Assembly: GCA_964430885.1 (NCBI GenBank)
Contig: CAYSHM010000013.1
Coordinates: 14,955-78,954 of the forward strand
Source of the DNA: an uncultured archaeon
GTDB taxonomy: Archaea; Thermoplasmatota; Penumbrarchaeia; JASLWR01
DNA: 64,000 nucleotides
Direction of reading: 5' to 3'
Part shown: positions 30,227 through 40,172 of the stretch, in pieces
How the letters are laid out: every line of letters starts with the position of its first letter
How positions within the stretch are numbered: position 1 is the stretch's first letter
Position numbers and translations under genes: made by a program
Notes under the pieces: model-generated
Seen by the model: only the letters and a program-made list of their open reading frames with translations
Databases searched by the model: none
Told to the model about the DNA's origin: nothing

Positions 30227-30745
30227 TCATTTTTTCTTTTCCCGTCTGTAAAGTACAATACCCACAATTAGGAGTACAGCACCCACAAGGAATAATCCGC
30301 ATGACATACAGCACCCACCGCACAGCTCCATGAAGCTGTCCTCTATTCCCAGGGGCTCGGTGATGTATATAACAGTACTGTCCGAGGAGGTGATATTGTA
30401 TAGGCCAGTGTCCGGGATTGTGATCTCACCATATTTGACGTATTGTTCCTTCCCCAGTGTCACATCCGTTTCGGTAAACTTTATCGGGATGGTCTTGTTG
30501 TACTCTTGATCCTTCACGGTGATATCGAGATAATCGGGATCCATATATGTCTCATCAGAATCCACCCAAATCTCATATTTTCCCTCTCTTAGGATCTCAA
30601 CAGACGGTGGTTCAACAGTATATTCCGCTTCTTCGCTAGGATCCTGAAGTAGGGGAGGTCCTTTGATCACAGCCCAGATTCCACCGCCAACAAGTGCTAT
30701 GACAAGTATGATTATACTGAATACGATTAGCAGCTTCTTGCTCAT
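30227..30745 (-). CDS. Hypothetical two-TM protein with small extracellular beta domain and Cys-rich membrane entry
   Basis: TM - beta-rich domain - LCGGCCMSC - TM; paralogous to the N-terminal half of 31004-31939. Confidence 0.7.
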   Translation of the reverse strand: MSKKLLIVFSIIILVIALVGGGIWAVIKGPPLLQDPSEEAEYTVEPPSVEILREGKYEIWVDSDETYMDPDYLDITVKDQEYNKTIPIKFTETDVTLGKEQYVKYGEITIPDTGLYNITSSDSTVIYITEPLGIEDSFMELCGGCCMSCGLFLVGAVLLIVGIVLYRREKKK

Positions 30746-30774
30746 TTACGTTCACCTTTTTTCAATATCATGAA

Positions 30775-30996
30775 TTAAGCAGATTTACCATTTTTGCCCT
30801 TGAAAATGAACACTTCTTCAATGGTGGTGCCAAATATCTCGGCGATATCATGCGCCAGCTGAAGAGATGGATTGTATTTACCCTTTTCCAGATAGAGAAT
30901 AGTCTCCCTCCTGACACCCGCCTTGATGGCCAGCTCCTCCTGTGTGAGGTTGAATCTGGCCCTGAACTCCTTGATGCGCGTATCCATGGTATCCAT
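30775..30996 (-). CDS. Xre/HTH_3 family transcriptional regulator
   Basis: RIKEFR...LTQEELA...[22 protein letters not shown]...IEEVF. Confidence 0.9.
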   Translation of the reverse strand: MDTMDTRIKEFRARFNLTQEELAIKAGVRRETILYLEKGKYNPSLQLAHDIAEIFGTTIEEVFIFKGKNGKSA

Positions 30997-31003
30997 CCCC
31001 CTG

Positions 31004-31939
31004 TTAGCTCCGATCACCCCATCGGTTGTAATAAAGCCAACATAGACCCAATATCACCAGGATCACAAAAATTCTCCAACCCGACCAGTAGAAAAGCCTA
31101 AAGAAAGGTACAAAGACAACTAGGGAAACCAGGATCTCTACGAATATGTAGATAATAAGGGCCGCCGTAGCACTCTTTCTGAAAACATCCCTGGACCGTT
31201 CGTCCCGATAGGGAATTCCCTTGGAGATGTCCCTGAAGGAGTTTCTGGCCTTCAATATCCTGAATAGCATGATGCCAAAACCAATGGAGATTAAACCTAT
31301 TCCCCAGTAAATATCTCCGTCATTTTCACCCATTAGGGCTATTGCTAGTCCCAATAATAGAATTGGCAGTCCAATGAACGATACAATTATCATTTCCGCC
31401 CATAGCTGAAAACGATCTCTCCCTCTCTTTTTCTTTCCTTCTTTGAGCTTTTTAGACACGCCGGCGTAGATGAGGACGAGACCAATTATTCCCAAGAATA
31501 GAGAAATACCGCATCCGTTGCAGAGGGTTACGAAGTTATGCTCAACCTCCAGAGGCTGCGTGATGTATATGGTGATGTTCTCTGAGGCCAGGATATGATA
31601 TGCACCACCATCTTTAATGGTCGTCTCCCCGTACTTGACATATTCATCATCGGCGAGTTTAACCTTGTCATTTTCATTCTTATAGATATTCGCTGAGGCG
31701 TTTTTACTGTCAAGAAGTGTTATTTCCACCTCTTCAAAATCACCGTAATCGTTCTCCAACCATATTTCCCACTCACCTGTCTTCAGGGTGGCGTTATCGC
31801 CATGGGAAAGGGTGTGCTCAGCTTCCTTGGAAGGGTCCACAAGAAGCGGGGTGCCAAAAAAATACAGAAGGGAACCGCACCCTATTATGGAAAATAGTAT
31901 TGTGGAAATCCCAGTTATTATCAAGGCCCGGCCTTTCAT
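31004..31939 (-). CDS. Membrane protein: extracellular beta domain fused to DUF2178-like TM region
   Basis: C-terminal [13 protein letters not shown]...(TM)(TM)YYN pattern typical of DUF2178 proteins adjacent to Xre HTH genes. Confidence 0.65.
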   Translation of the reverse strand: MKGRALIITGISTILFSIIGCGSLLYFFGTPLLVDPSKEAEHTLSHGDNATLKTGEWEIWLENDYGDFEEVEITLLDSKNASANIYKNENDKVKLADDEYVKYGETTIKDGGAYHILASENITIYITQPLEVEHNFVTLCNGCGISLFLGIIGLVLIYAGVSKKLKEGKKKRGRDRFQLWAEMIIVSFIGLPILLLGLAIALMGENDGDIYWGIGLISIGFGIMLFRILKARNSFRDISKGIPYRDERSRDVFRKSATAALIIYIFVEILVSLVVFVPFFRLFYWSGWRIFVILVILGLCWLYYNRWGDRS

Positions 31940-31975
31940 CTGTATACACCTGGAGTTAAATATTCATATTCGTAA

Positions 31976-34135
31976 CTATTTTTCATCGAACAATCCCATC
32001 AGGGCAGTACCTGAGATCTTGGTGACGTATACCATGCGCCCGGTCTCCACGTCTATTGCTACTGAGAACATGTCGCCCTGCTCCCAGGCGCTTCCTTTCC
32101 AGAATATCCATCCGAATCTTGCCGAGGGCACCACGATACCGGTTATCTGCTGAAGTACCTGGGCCGCCGGAAGCTGGGATGATTCAACTCCTCTGGCTAT
32201 AGTGATGCTTGAGTCTGATAGGTCTAAATCGCCGTTACGGTCAAAGAGCTCATCTCCTGCCATCTCATCTCCTGAGACTATGTCAACAGCCCCTGAAAGG
32301 GTAATGCCTTCGTCATCCATCTCCGATCTTTTCATCCTGGCCCATCCTTCAAGCTTTCCGTAGTCCTTGTCTATCTCGTACACCGAGGAGTAGGGATTCA
32401 GGGGATTTATTGACTTGGTAATGTTCTTTGCCATCCTGGCGGAGTATATGTGTTCAGGCCATTGGAAATCCTCCACTTCGTCCTTATCCTTTCCTTCGTT
32501 CTCCTTCTGCCATTCCCCGTAATCCTCATAATATGGCTCAAGTTCCTTCTCACTCATGTAATCCGAAAGAGTGATGTTCCAGTAATGGCTGCCTGCGGTT
32601 TTCTGCGGGTCCAAGGCGGATAAAGTTGCATTGTAGGTTGCTTTTGTCACAAAAGAGGTCGGGAATTGCCTTGCAAAATCACCCATGGCTGAACTGTTTT
32701 CTACCATGTATTCTAGGGCAGTATCCGGTGCTATCTGAATGGACTGATCCGGATTTGTAGCTTCATCTAGATCGGCATTTTCGAACATGTAACCGCCTTT
32801 TGGTATCATATCCCAATCCTCGTATTCACCCTGAGGATGCCGCTCAAGGAATTCTCCAACAGAATTCTCCCAGGATATGGGGCTTGAACCTCTGCTGTAG
32901 CCGCTTGTAAGTACCCTGTCCTGTTCAATTATGATCCAACCGGTATGGTTCTCGCTGTCCCAGCTTGTATTGGTACGGAGGAATGTCCTGGTGGGATACG
33001 GTGTCTTGCTTGAAAGCCATATTGTCTGGGTATAATCAAGAAAACCCCAGTATTTTCTTGTAATGTTCACTCTGAGAGAAGGTATGCCCTCGACATTTTC
33101 CATATCTTCAGCGGACCAGTTGTAGAAACCCTGGTCGAGAGCTCCATCATAATTTCCCTGGTAATATACACTGCCGTTGTCTCCCACGGACAGGGCCCGG
33201 TCCTTGTAGATCTGGTCTTCTAGAGTAGGCAGGGTCTCTTCCTCGGGATCTGAATAGGTTCGGACATAACCTTCGTATTCAATTGGAACGGGCACAGTAG
33301 CTCTCGGAAGCTGGTCAACAGACATTGTCCCGCTGTTAACTGCCTTGATCTGTATTCCTCCGGCCAGTTCGGTGTATTCCGAGCGGTCGGCACTGAATGA
33401 TCCGTCAACCGTGACCTTGCCGGAATCGGTGGTATCAACAATCACAGTTAGAGCTCCGTCCGCCACCATCCTCTCCTGTACACAGCTGTGGATCTTTCCA
33501 TATCCCGACTCTGCATTCACCGGTCCGTAGACCTTGAAATCCCACTGACCGTCGCCGGTTATGGTGTACCTCTCATATTCTCCGCTGCTCTTGTTCTCGG
33601 AATAGAGCTCTGCAAAAACCGTGAAATCATACCGGTAGTCATCACCTATGTGAAGAGGGGGTTGACGCACGGATAATTCTTCATCTCCGGTATTGTTAAT
33701 GGGTAGAAGAATGGATGTAAGGGTCAGCTTGACGGTTGTCCCGGATATTTCAGTGATAAGTACCTGTATGTCGTATATGTCGTCCTTATCAGTATCCACA
33801 TATTCGGGGATGTCCAGAGTAGCAGTAACCTCTACGGGATCGGACTCAATAATTAGAGTTACCTCATCGCCTTCTATATCGGTTATGGTAACCGAATGAG
33901 TAACCGCGCCTACGACCATTTCCTCGGTCTCGCCCAGTTTAATTCCCTCGGAGGTGGAATCCCCCTGCTGGATGGGATCATTATCTCCCGGCCCAGGACC
34001 TGGTTTATCGTCATCGTCGTCATCTTGAAGTTCCCCGTCCTTTTCCCAGACGTTTTCAAATAGGCCGAAATAGACGACGTTGACCAATAGGCTAGCTATA
34101 CAGATGATGATGATTAGTGTCTTTATCTTGCTCAT
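31976..34135 (-). CDS. Hypothetical N-anchored acidic surface protein, tandem paralog B
   Basis: 719-aa ORF with N-terminal TM; colinear with 34200-36365. Confidence 0.8.
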   Translation of the reverse strand: MSKIKTLIIIICIASLLVNVVYFGLFENVWEKDGELQDDDDDDKPGPGPGDNDPIQQGDSTSEGIKLGETEEMVVGAVTHSVTITDIEGDEVTLIIESDPVEVTATLDIPEYVDTDKDDIYDIQVLITEISGTTVKLTLTSILLPINNTGDEELSVRQPPLHIGDDYRYDFTVFAELYSENKSSGEYERYTITGDGQWDFKVYGPVNAESGYGKIHSCVQERMVADGALTVIVDTTDSGKVTVDGSFSADRSEYTELAGGIQIKAVNSGTMSVDQLPRATVPVPIEYEGYVRTYSDPEEETLPTLEDQIYKDRALSVGDNGSVYYQGNYDGALDQGFYNWSAEDMENVEGIPSLRVNITRKYWGFLDYTQTIWLSSKTPYPTRTFLRTNTSWDSENHTGWIIIEQDRVLTSGYSRGSSPISWENSVGEFLERHPQGEYEDWDMIPKGGYMFENADLDEATNPDQSIQIAPDTALEYMVENSSAMGDFARQFPTSFVTKATYNATLSALDPQKTAGSHYWNITLSDYMSEKELEPYYEDYGEWQKENEGKDKDEVEDFQWPEHIYSARMAKNITKSINPLNPYSSVYEIDKDYGKLEGWARMKRSEMDDEGITLSGAVDIVSGDEMAGDELFDRNGDLDLSDSSITIARGVESSQLPAAQVLQQITGIVVPSARFGWIFWKGSAWEQGDMFSVAIDVETGRMVYVTKISGTALMGLFDEK

Positions 34136-34199
34136 GAGAAAACCCTATTCCTTTCCGATTTTATACTGAATACAATTTTTTAATGTATCTATCTGGTAA

Positions 34200-36365
34200 T
34201 TATTCGTCGAACATACCCATAAGAGCAGTTCCGGATATTTTTGTTATATACACCATGCGCCCTGTCTCAACATCTACCGCCGCCGAGAACATATCGCCCT
34301 GTTCCCAGGCGCTGCCTTTCCAGAATATCCATCCGTAATTGGCAGACGGCATAACAATACCCGTAATCTGCTGAAGGACCTGAGCAGCGGGAAGCTGAGA
34401 TGATGTTGCTCCTTTTGCGACCACAATACCCAGATCGTTCATGTCCAGATCACCGCTTCTGTCAAAGAGTTCGGTACTAGCCATATCATCACCCGCAACA
34501 ATATCCACCGCACCTGAGAGTGTGCATCCTTCATCATCCAACTCGGAGCGTTTGATCCAGGACCAGCCTTCTTCACGGGTATAATCCTTGTCTATCTCTA
34601 TCTCAGCAGAGTAAGGATCAAGAGGATTGATGGATTTGGTGATGTTCTTGGCCACCCTTGCAGCATAGAGATGCTCGGGCCAATGAAACCGTTCTTCTTC
34701 CGGAATGTCCTCCCACTCCTCTCCCTCATGCTCTTCTTCCCATTCTTCATAATCTTCGAATATGGGCTCCAATTCGTCCCAGCTCATATAATCTGCAAGT
34801 GTTATATTCCAGTAATGGCTTCCTGCATTGTTCTGAGGGTCCAGATTTGAAAGGTTGGCCCAATAAGTTGCTTCCGTTACCAGGGTATTGGAGAACTCAT
34901 CGGTGAATTCACCCATGCCGGTACTGTTCCTAATCATAAAATCCAAGGCATCTTCCGGCGACATATGCACTGCAAACTCAGTGTTTATTGGATCTTCCAA
35001 TTCAGTATTATCGAATTTATAGCCTCCCTTTGGTATCTTATCCCACTTGAGGAATTCACCATCGGGATGTGTATCTTGGAAGGTAGCTTCAGTATCTTCC
35101 CAGGGTATTGGGTCAGATCCCCTGCTGTAACCGCTTGTCAGGGTTCGGTCCTGTTCTATTATTATCCAGCCCTTTTCATTTTCCTCATCCCAGGTAGTGT
35201 TGGTTCGCAGAAAAGTTCTGGTAGGGTAGGGTGTCTTGCTAGATATCCATACCGTCTGGATAAAATCCAGAAATCCCCAGTACTGACGGGTGATGTTGAT
35301 CTTCAGGGACGGGATTCCCGCAATATTTTCCATTTGCTCAGCTGTCCAGTTATAATATCCCTGGGAGACCGCTTCCTCGTAAGGACCCTCGTAGTATACA
35401 CTTCCCTCATCTCCCACCGTAATATCCTTGTCCTCATATATCTGATCCTCAAGGGTTGGCTGGACCTCTTCAGTGGGATCGGGATATGTTCGGACATAAC
35501 CTTCATACTGTATAGGTACAGGAACTGTAGCTCTGGGAAGCTGGTCGATGGCCATCTCACCCTGGTTCACGGCCTTTATTAAAGTCCGGCTTTTCAGTTC
35601 AGAATATTCCGATCTGTCCGCACTGAAGGAACCGTCAACAGAGACCTTGCCGGTATCGGGTGTGTCCACTACAACAGTGAGGGCCCCGTCAGCGACCATC
35701 CTTTCCTGTACACAGCTGTGGATCTCTCCATAACCCGACTCTGCATCCACCGGGCCGTATACCTTGAAATCCCACTGTCCGTTGCCGGTGATGGTGTAGC
35801 GTTCGTATTCACCGCTTGTCTTATTCTCTGCATAAAGCTCGGCGAAAACAGAGAAATCGTATCTGAAATCATCTCCCATATGAAGTGACGGTTGACGTAC
35901 CGATATAACTTCGTTCCCCGTATTGTTGATGGGAACTAGGATGGATGTCAGCGTCAATTTCACCGTTGTTCCGGAAATATCTGTTACAAGTACCTGTATA
36001 TCATAAATTTCATCTTTATCGGTGTCCACGTACTCCGGGATATCCAAAGTGGCAGTAACCTCCACTGGGTCGGATTCAATTATAAGGGTGACCGTATCAC
36101 CATCTATACCGGTTACGGTAACCGAATGGGTCACGGCACCAACCACCATTTCCTCCGTCTCACCCACTTTGATGCCTTCTGAGGTGGACTCTCCCTGCTG
36201 GATCGGATCGTTATTGCTAGGCCCTGAACCCGGTTTCTCATCATCATCATCATTATTCAGCTCTTCTTCCTTTTCCCACACGTTATCAAAGATACCGAAA
36301 TAGACGACGTTGATTAGAAGACTAGCGATACAGATTATTATTAGCAAAGTTTTGATCTTGCTCAT
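34200..36365 (-). CDS. Hypothetical N-anchored acidic surface protein, tandem paralog A
   Basis: 721-aa ORF sharing e.g. SSKTPYPTRTFLRTNT and GWIFWKGSAWEQGDMFS with paralog B. Confidence 0.8.
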   Translation of the reverse strand: MSKIKTLLIIICIASLLINVVYFGIFDNVWEKEEELNNDDDDEKPGSGPSNNDPIQQGESTSEGIKVGETEEMVVGAVTHSVTVTGIDGDTVTLIIESDPVEVTATLDIPEYVDTDKDEIYDIQVLVTDISGTTVKLTLTSILVPINNTGNEVISVRQPSLHMGDDFRYDFSVFAELYAENKTSGEYERYTITGNGQWDFKVYGPVDAESGYGEIHSCVQERMVADGALTVVVDTPDTGKVSVDGSFSADRSEYSELKSRTLIKAVNQGEMAIDQLPRATVPVPIQYEGYVRTYPDPTEEVQPTLEDQIYEDKDITVGDEGSVYYEGPYEEAVSQGYYNWTAEQMENIAGIPSLKINITRQYWGFLDFIQTVWISSKTPYPTRTFLRTNTTWDEENEKGWIIIEQDRTLTSGYSRGSDPIPWEDTEATFQDTHPDGEFLKWDKIPKGGYKFDNTELEDPINTEFAVHMSPEDALDFMIRNSTGMGEFTDEFSNTLVTEATYWANLSNLDPQNNAGSHYWNITLADYMSWDELEPIFEDYEEWEEEHEGEEWEDIPEEERFHWPEHLYAARVAKNITKSINPLDPYSAEIEIDKDYTREEGWSWIKRSELDDEGCTLSGAVDIVAGDDMASTELFDRSGDLDMNDLGIVVAKGATSSQLPAAQVLQQITGIVMPSANYGWIFWKGSAWEQGDMFSAAVDVETGRMVYITKISGTALMGMFDE

Positions 36366-36508
36366 TGAATTTTCCCCTTCGGATTGATGGCTGTAAATTT
36401 AGGTTTTTCCAATTGTGAGGTATCTCTAATATAATATTAGAAATATATAACATTGGGAATATATAAAGGAGTTGTACCTGATTATCCAATGCGATAAATA
36501 TATCTCAG

Positions 36509-36724
36509 CTACCAAATGATCCCTATAGCCGCCAAGATCCCGAGAACAATAATGACTGCCCCCAAGACCGTATAAAATCGATGCACATTTTTTCCCCAAA
36601 GCTTTTTAGACCTGTAGATCAACAATTTATAGACAATAAAATCGGTTTCTAAAAGGCTGCATACTAGCATGAACAGCCCGATAGCAGATATCAAAATTCC
36701 CCAAAGCGGATCCATATTTATCAC
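36509..36724 (-). CDS. Small two-TM hypothetical protein
   Basis: Two hydrophobic helices around SK.LWG..VHRF; same orientation as neighbours. Confidence 0.6.
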   Translation of the reverse strand: MINMDPLWGILISAIGLFMLVCSLLETDFIVYKLLIYRSKKLWGKNVHRFYTVLGAVIIVLGILAAIGIIW

Positions 36725-36734
36725 ATCTTCAAAA

Positions 36735-37058
36735 TCATTTCTTCCTCTTCATTCTGACAGCGGTCCCGAAGGCTATAAGCTCAGCCGCACCAGGCTTGGT
36801 TTGGGCTGTTGTGTACCGCATCCCGATAACTGCATTGGCTTTCAATTTTTTCGCCTGTCTGAGCATTCGCTCCATTGAGGTCCGGCGTGCCTCCTCCATC
36901 ATTTCAGTGTAACCCTTAGCTTCGCCGCCTACCAAGGATCGCAATCCTGCTCCTATGTCCTTACCTAAATGCTTTGTCTGGACGCAGCTTCCGAAGACCA
37001 CGCCCAGCACATCCGTGACCTTGTGGCCAGGTACACTTTCAGTTGTTGTCACTAACAT
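36735..37058 (-). CDS. YbjQ/UPF0145 family protein
   Basis: TTTESVPG...LGVVFG...KDIGAGLRSLVGGE.KGYT..M..AR...ANAVIGMR...GTAV. Confidence 0.93.
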   Translation of the reverse strand: MLVTTTESVPGHKVTDVLGVVFGSCVQTKHLGKDIGAGLRSLVGGEAKGYTEMMEEARRTSMERMLRQAKKLKANAVIGMRYTTAQTKPGAAELIAFGTAVRMKRKK

Positions 37059-37113
37059 ATTTTGTTCCTCCTTTGGTGTAATGTTTATATATCAGGTAAA
37101 ATCAATTATTGGT

Positions 37114-37629
37114 TCAATATGTCTTCCCGCATCTGGTACATCTGTAATCAACGCCGTCTAGGAACTTTATCTCATCATAACCGCATTTTGGGCAGTTTCC
37201 GTAATTTTCCGGTTTTTCCCTATCCCTATTCTCGATTTCCATCTTGAACTTCTCTTTTTCAACATTGAACAGCTGTATGCAAATACCAAGGGTAAGAAGG
37301 GAAATTACTATAGTGGGTATGTCAAGGTAGAGCGGGTTAACAGAGATTTTTGTGGAGATTAGATAATCTTTTTCCAGAAAATACATCAGAGATATCTCTA
37401 CAAGAGCCAGAATAATATTGGCTATGGCAAGCCAGATGCCGATCCTTGGTCCCTTGTAATCCGATTTCCATATGCTGTAGGCTGCACCGAATCCGAGTAT
37501 TCCGATGATGTATCCAATAGAAAAAGTTATGCCCTGGAATAAAATGAGTCTAATAACTACTGACAGAATGCCAATAACAACAAATAGACCTGTGCCGATT
37601 ATTCTTAATCCCATGTTATCATTTCTCAT
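37114..37629 (-). CDS. Four-TM membrane protein with C-terminal zinc ribbon
   Basis: Four hydrophobic helices followed by GNCPKCG...YRCTRCG. Confidence 0.7.
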   Translation of the reverse strand: MRNDNMGLRIIGTGLFVVIGILSVVIRLILFQGITFSIGYIIGILGFGAAYSIWKSDYKGPRIGIWLAIANIILALVEISLMYFLEKDYLISTKISVNPLYLDIPTIVISLLTLGICIQLFNVEKEKFKMEIENRDREKPENYGNCPKCGYDEIKFLDGVDYRCTRCGKTY

Positions 37630-37678
37630 ATTCCATCACCCCCATGTTCTGCCTTTTTAACATCCTGACTTCCCTGAT

Positions 37679-37894
37679 CTAATATTCATGGCCGCATTTG
37701 GTACATTTGTAAACAACACCATCAACGAATTTCAGCTTGTCGTTCCCGCATTTTGGGCAGTTACCCAGTTCCCTCTCGTATATCCTACGTAAACGCCGCA
37801 GTTCTTTCTCCGCAAGCTGGGAAAGGTTGATCCACTGATTTTCCTTCCACCATTTCCAGATATCCTTACCCAGAGTGATATTTACTTTTGGCAT
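37679..37894 (-). CDS. Small CcdA/ribbon-helix-helix-like protein with C-terminal zinc ribbon
   Basis: MPKVNITL...INLSQLAEKEL (RHH/CcdA-like pattern) followed by GNCPKCG...YKCTKCG. Confidence 0.6.
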   Translation of the reverse strand: MPKVNITLGKDIWKWWKENQWINLSQLAEKELRRLRRIYERELGNCPKCGNDKLKFVDGVVYKCTKCGHEY

Positions 37895-37918
37895 AGATTC
37901 ACATATCTCAATTGTATT

Positions 37919-38383
37919 TTACGGATGAAACCAGTAAATATATCCGCACATAGAACAAACGTAATTTTGTGCATTTTTGTTCGTCCAATCCCAATCCAAA
38001 AATGTTAAACCCCTGGTATTCAAAAGGGTCTTACGGCTCCAGAATTGATCGTATCTGCAAACGGGACAGGTCAATTTGTTCCCTTGAATGACAACTTCGC
38101 TTGCTTCCCGTTTCTCTTTTTTCACTTTTTTTGTTTTGAGAATGACAGGGTCGCCATCGCGGATCTTCAGCAGCTCCATGTCCTCCTCCCGGATGCAGGC
38201 ATACCCTTTACGAATATAACTGTCGTATACCAGCTGGACAAATATTCCCTTTCTTTCATCTCCGGCATTACATAATTCAATGGCATTATCTTTTTCAAGA
38301 CCAGCGTCCTCCCAATCATCTATATGTATCCTCACAACGCCCGGTTGTCCTTTTATTTTGCTGGTCTTGGCTCTCAGTTCCAT
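37919..38383 (-). CDS. Hypothetical protein: double-psi-barrel-like N-domain plus zinc ribbon
   Basis: GVVRIH..D...GL.....IEL and G...I..EDM..L.I.DGD.V pseudo-repeats; CPVC...CSMCG. Start placed after a GAGGTGA RBS. Confidence 0.55.
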   Translation of the reverse strand: MELRAKTSKIKGQPGVVRIHIDDWEDAGLEKDNAIELCNAGDERKGIFVQLVYDSYIRKGYACIREEDMELLKIRDGDPVILKTKKVKKEKREASEVVIQGNKLTCPVCRYDQFWSRKTLLNTRGLTFLDWDWTNKNAQNYVCSMCGYIYWFHP

Positions 38384-38451
38384 TTTGTTCACCTCAATTT
38401 CTTCCTTCGCTATGATCATTTCTCTAATGGTTTTATTTTACCGCCCTCATT

Positions 38452-38835
38452 TCAATTCGAATCTGCGATTTTATTGAGTTCCGACTGAACAAAGGCTAGC
38501 ATTACAATATCGAGAAGGAAAAATAAGATGAACCAAAACCATTTTTTATTATCTTTCTTAACATGATCAGCAAAGCCTTCAGAATATTTATATTTCCAAA
38601 AAATGTTAACAAAAGGAATTATTATCAGCCAGCCTGTTGGTATTTTTGCTCCCAGACGGTTCATCTCATTTTTAGTTTAAACTGACCAATAGATTCCATA
38701 GATACCAAAGGTGGTTAATGCAAATAGATACACCAATATAATATTTCTTTTTTTAACCATTTTTTTATGTTCCATATTAAGTTCCTCTGTAGATATTTCT
38801 TAGTGGTGCAATTATCGAAAGTTTCTTTCACCCAT
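38452..38835 (-). pseudogene. DUF4234-like small membrane protein gene interrupted by in-frame stop codons
   Basis: Frame reads KKRNIILVYLFALTTFGIYGIYWSV*TKNEMNRLGAKIP...QSELNK, with TAA at 38677-38679. Two more TAAs lie between an RBS-preceded ATG (38835) and ATG 38775. Confidence 0.65.
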
Positions 38836-39015
38836 TTTTCACCTGACCTGGCCGTTTTGGTCCCGACAGGTGCGGACAAAAATTCTAAAAATCTTTACGC
38901 CTTAAGGAGTATATAGGAGTATGATTTTAATAAATATATCGGTCAAAAGGAAAGATAAAATTCAAAATTTGTCCTGAAAAAAGCCTTGATGTGATGAATA
39001 CACATCGAGAAGGTC

Positions 39016-40098
39016 CTAGAGCCGCGATCGGATCCATTCCCTGTGCTCCCAGAGAGCGCATCCCCCGGAGGTCTCGTCCAGCCGCTCCCGGTTCTCCCTT
39101 ATCACCCTGAGAAGGTCGGATCTCAATGCTTCTTTCAGGGAGTATTCCCGCAGGTTCCGGTCTGAATACGGCGCAAAAGGGCAGGCCTCCACGTCGCCTC
39201 CCGGACCTATATGGACAAATCCCCGTCCAGATGAGAGGCAGCCTCCGAACTTCTCTTCGTCTCCTGGGAAGGATATGAACAGCGCAGGTATCTCCCTTTC
39301 AAGAACCTTCAATCTTTCCGCAAGCATCTGCCTTTCACCGTCATCGATCTCCAGCTCCTCGGTCCCCTCTTCCACCGGTATATACTCCACAAAGAAGAAC
39401 AGCCTGCACCCGGTCTTGTGAAGACCAGTAATGAAATCCTTTCTGGTGAGGAGGTCAAGGTTCTCACTGGTCACTGTGAAAGATACACCGAACATACTGC
39501 CCCTTTTCTCCATCTTCTGAAATAGCTCGGTCATTCTATTGTAGACACCCTCTCCCCGCCGGTCATCGGTAATTGAACGGGGGCCTTCGATACTGACAGT
39601 TGGCAGGACATTATGGCTCCTCGATATTCTGTCAAGTTTTCTATCCGACAGCAGAAGGCCGTTGGTGAATACAGGGAAAAGTATCGAGGGGTGTTTTTCA
39701 ATAAGCGGAATAAGGTCGTCCCGCATGAAGGGCTCGCCTCCGGCCATAAGTATTACGGAAATGCCAAGTTCTTCGGCCTCTATGAGAAGTCCATCCAGCA
39801 TTTCAGAATCCATCTCCTTTCCGTCCTTTCTGCCCTGGGCCTTGGAATAGCATCCCTTGCAGTTGAGATTGCATCTCTGAGTAACGGAGGCGATCATGAA
39901 GGCAGGAACATGAAGACCCTTTTGCCTCCATTCCTTCCTTCTTCTGCCTGCATTACGCTGGTCATTGAATATTTTCAGCAGCCGGTAGGCATGGCGGGTA
40001 TCCCCGAGAGCAATCCTCATGGCGTCCTTGAAGAACAGGAGCATTGAGCTGTTAAAGAGGTTCATGTATTCTTCTTCTGTCAGGTTTTCCTGGTTCAT
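39016..40098 (-). CDS. Radical SAM protein with C-terminal twitch/SPASM-like segment
   Basis: CNLNCKGC, GGEPF, FTNG, GGCLSSGRGFVHI...GDVEACPF. Start placed after a GGTGA RBS. Confidence 0.9.
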   Translation of the reverse strand: MNQENLTEEEYMNLFNSSMLLFFKDAMRIALGDTRHAYRLLKIFNDQRNAGRRRKEWRQKGLHVPAFMIASVTQRCNLNCKGCYSKAQGRKDGKEMDSEMLDGLLIEAEELGISVILMAGGEPFMRDDLIPLIEKHPSILFPVFTNGLLLSDRKLDRISRSHNVLPTVSIEGPRSITDDRRGEGVYNRMTELFQKMEKRGSMFGVSFTVTSENLDLLTRKDFITGLHKTGCRLFFFVEYIPVEEGTEELEIDDGERQMLAERLKVLEREIPALFISFPGDEEKFGGCLSSGRGFVHIGPGGDVEACPFAPYSDRNLREYSLKEALRSDLLRVIRENRERLDETSGGCALWEHREWIRSRL

Positions 40099-40172
40099 TG
40101 CGTCACCTTGAATATTTTTCATCATTGTTATATTATTTGTTCAACATGGAGTCGTTTCTTTACAATTCATTC

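Noticed and set aside
38677-38814. In-frame TAA codons as possible stop-codon reassignment
   Set aside because: TAA, TAG and TGA all terminate conserved genes in this window; pseudogenisation is the simpler explanation.
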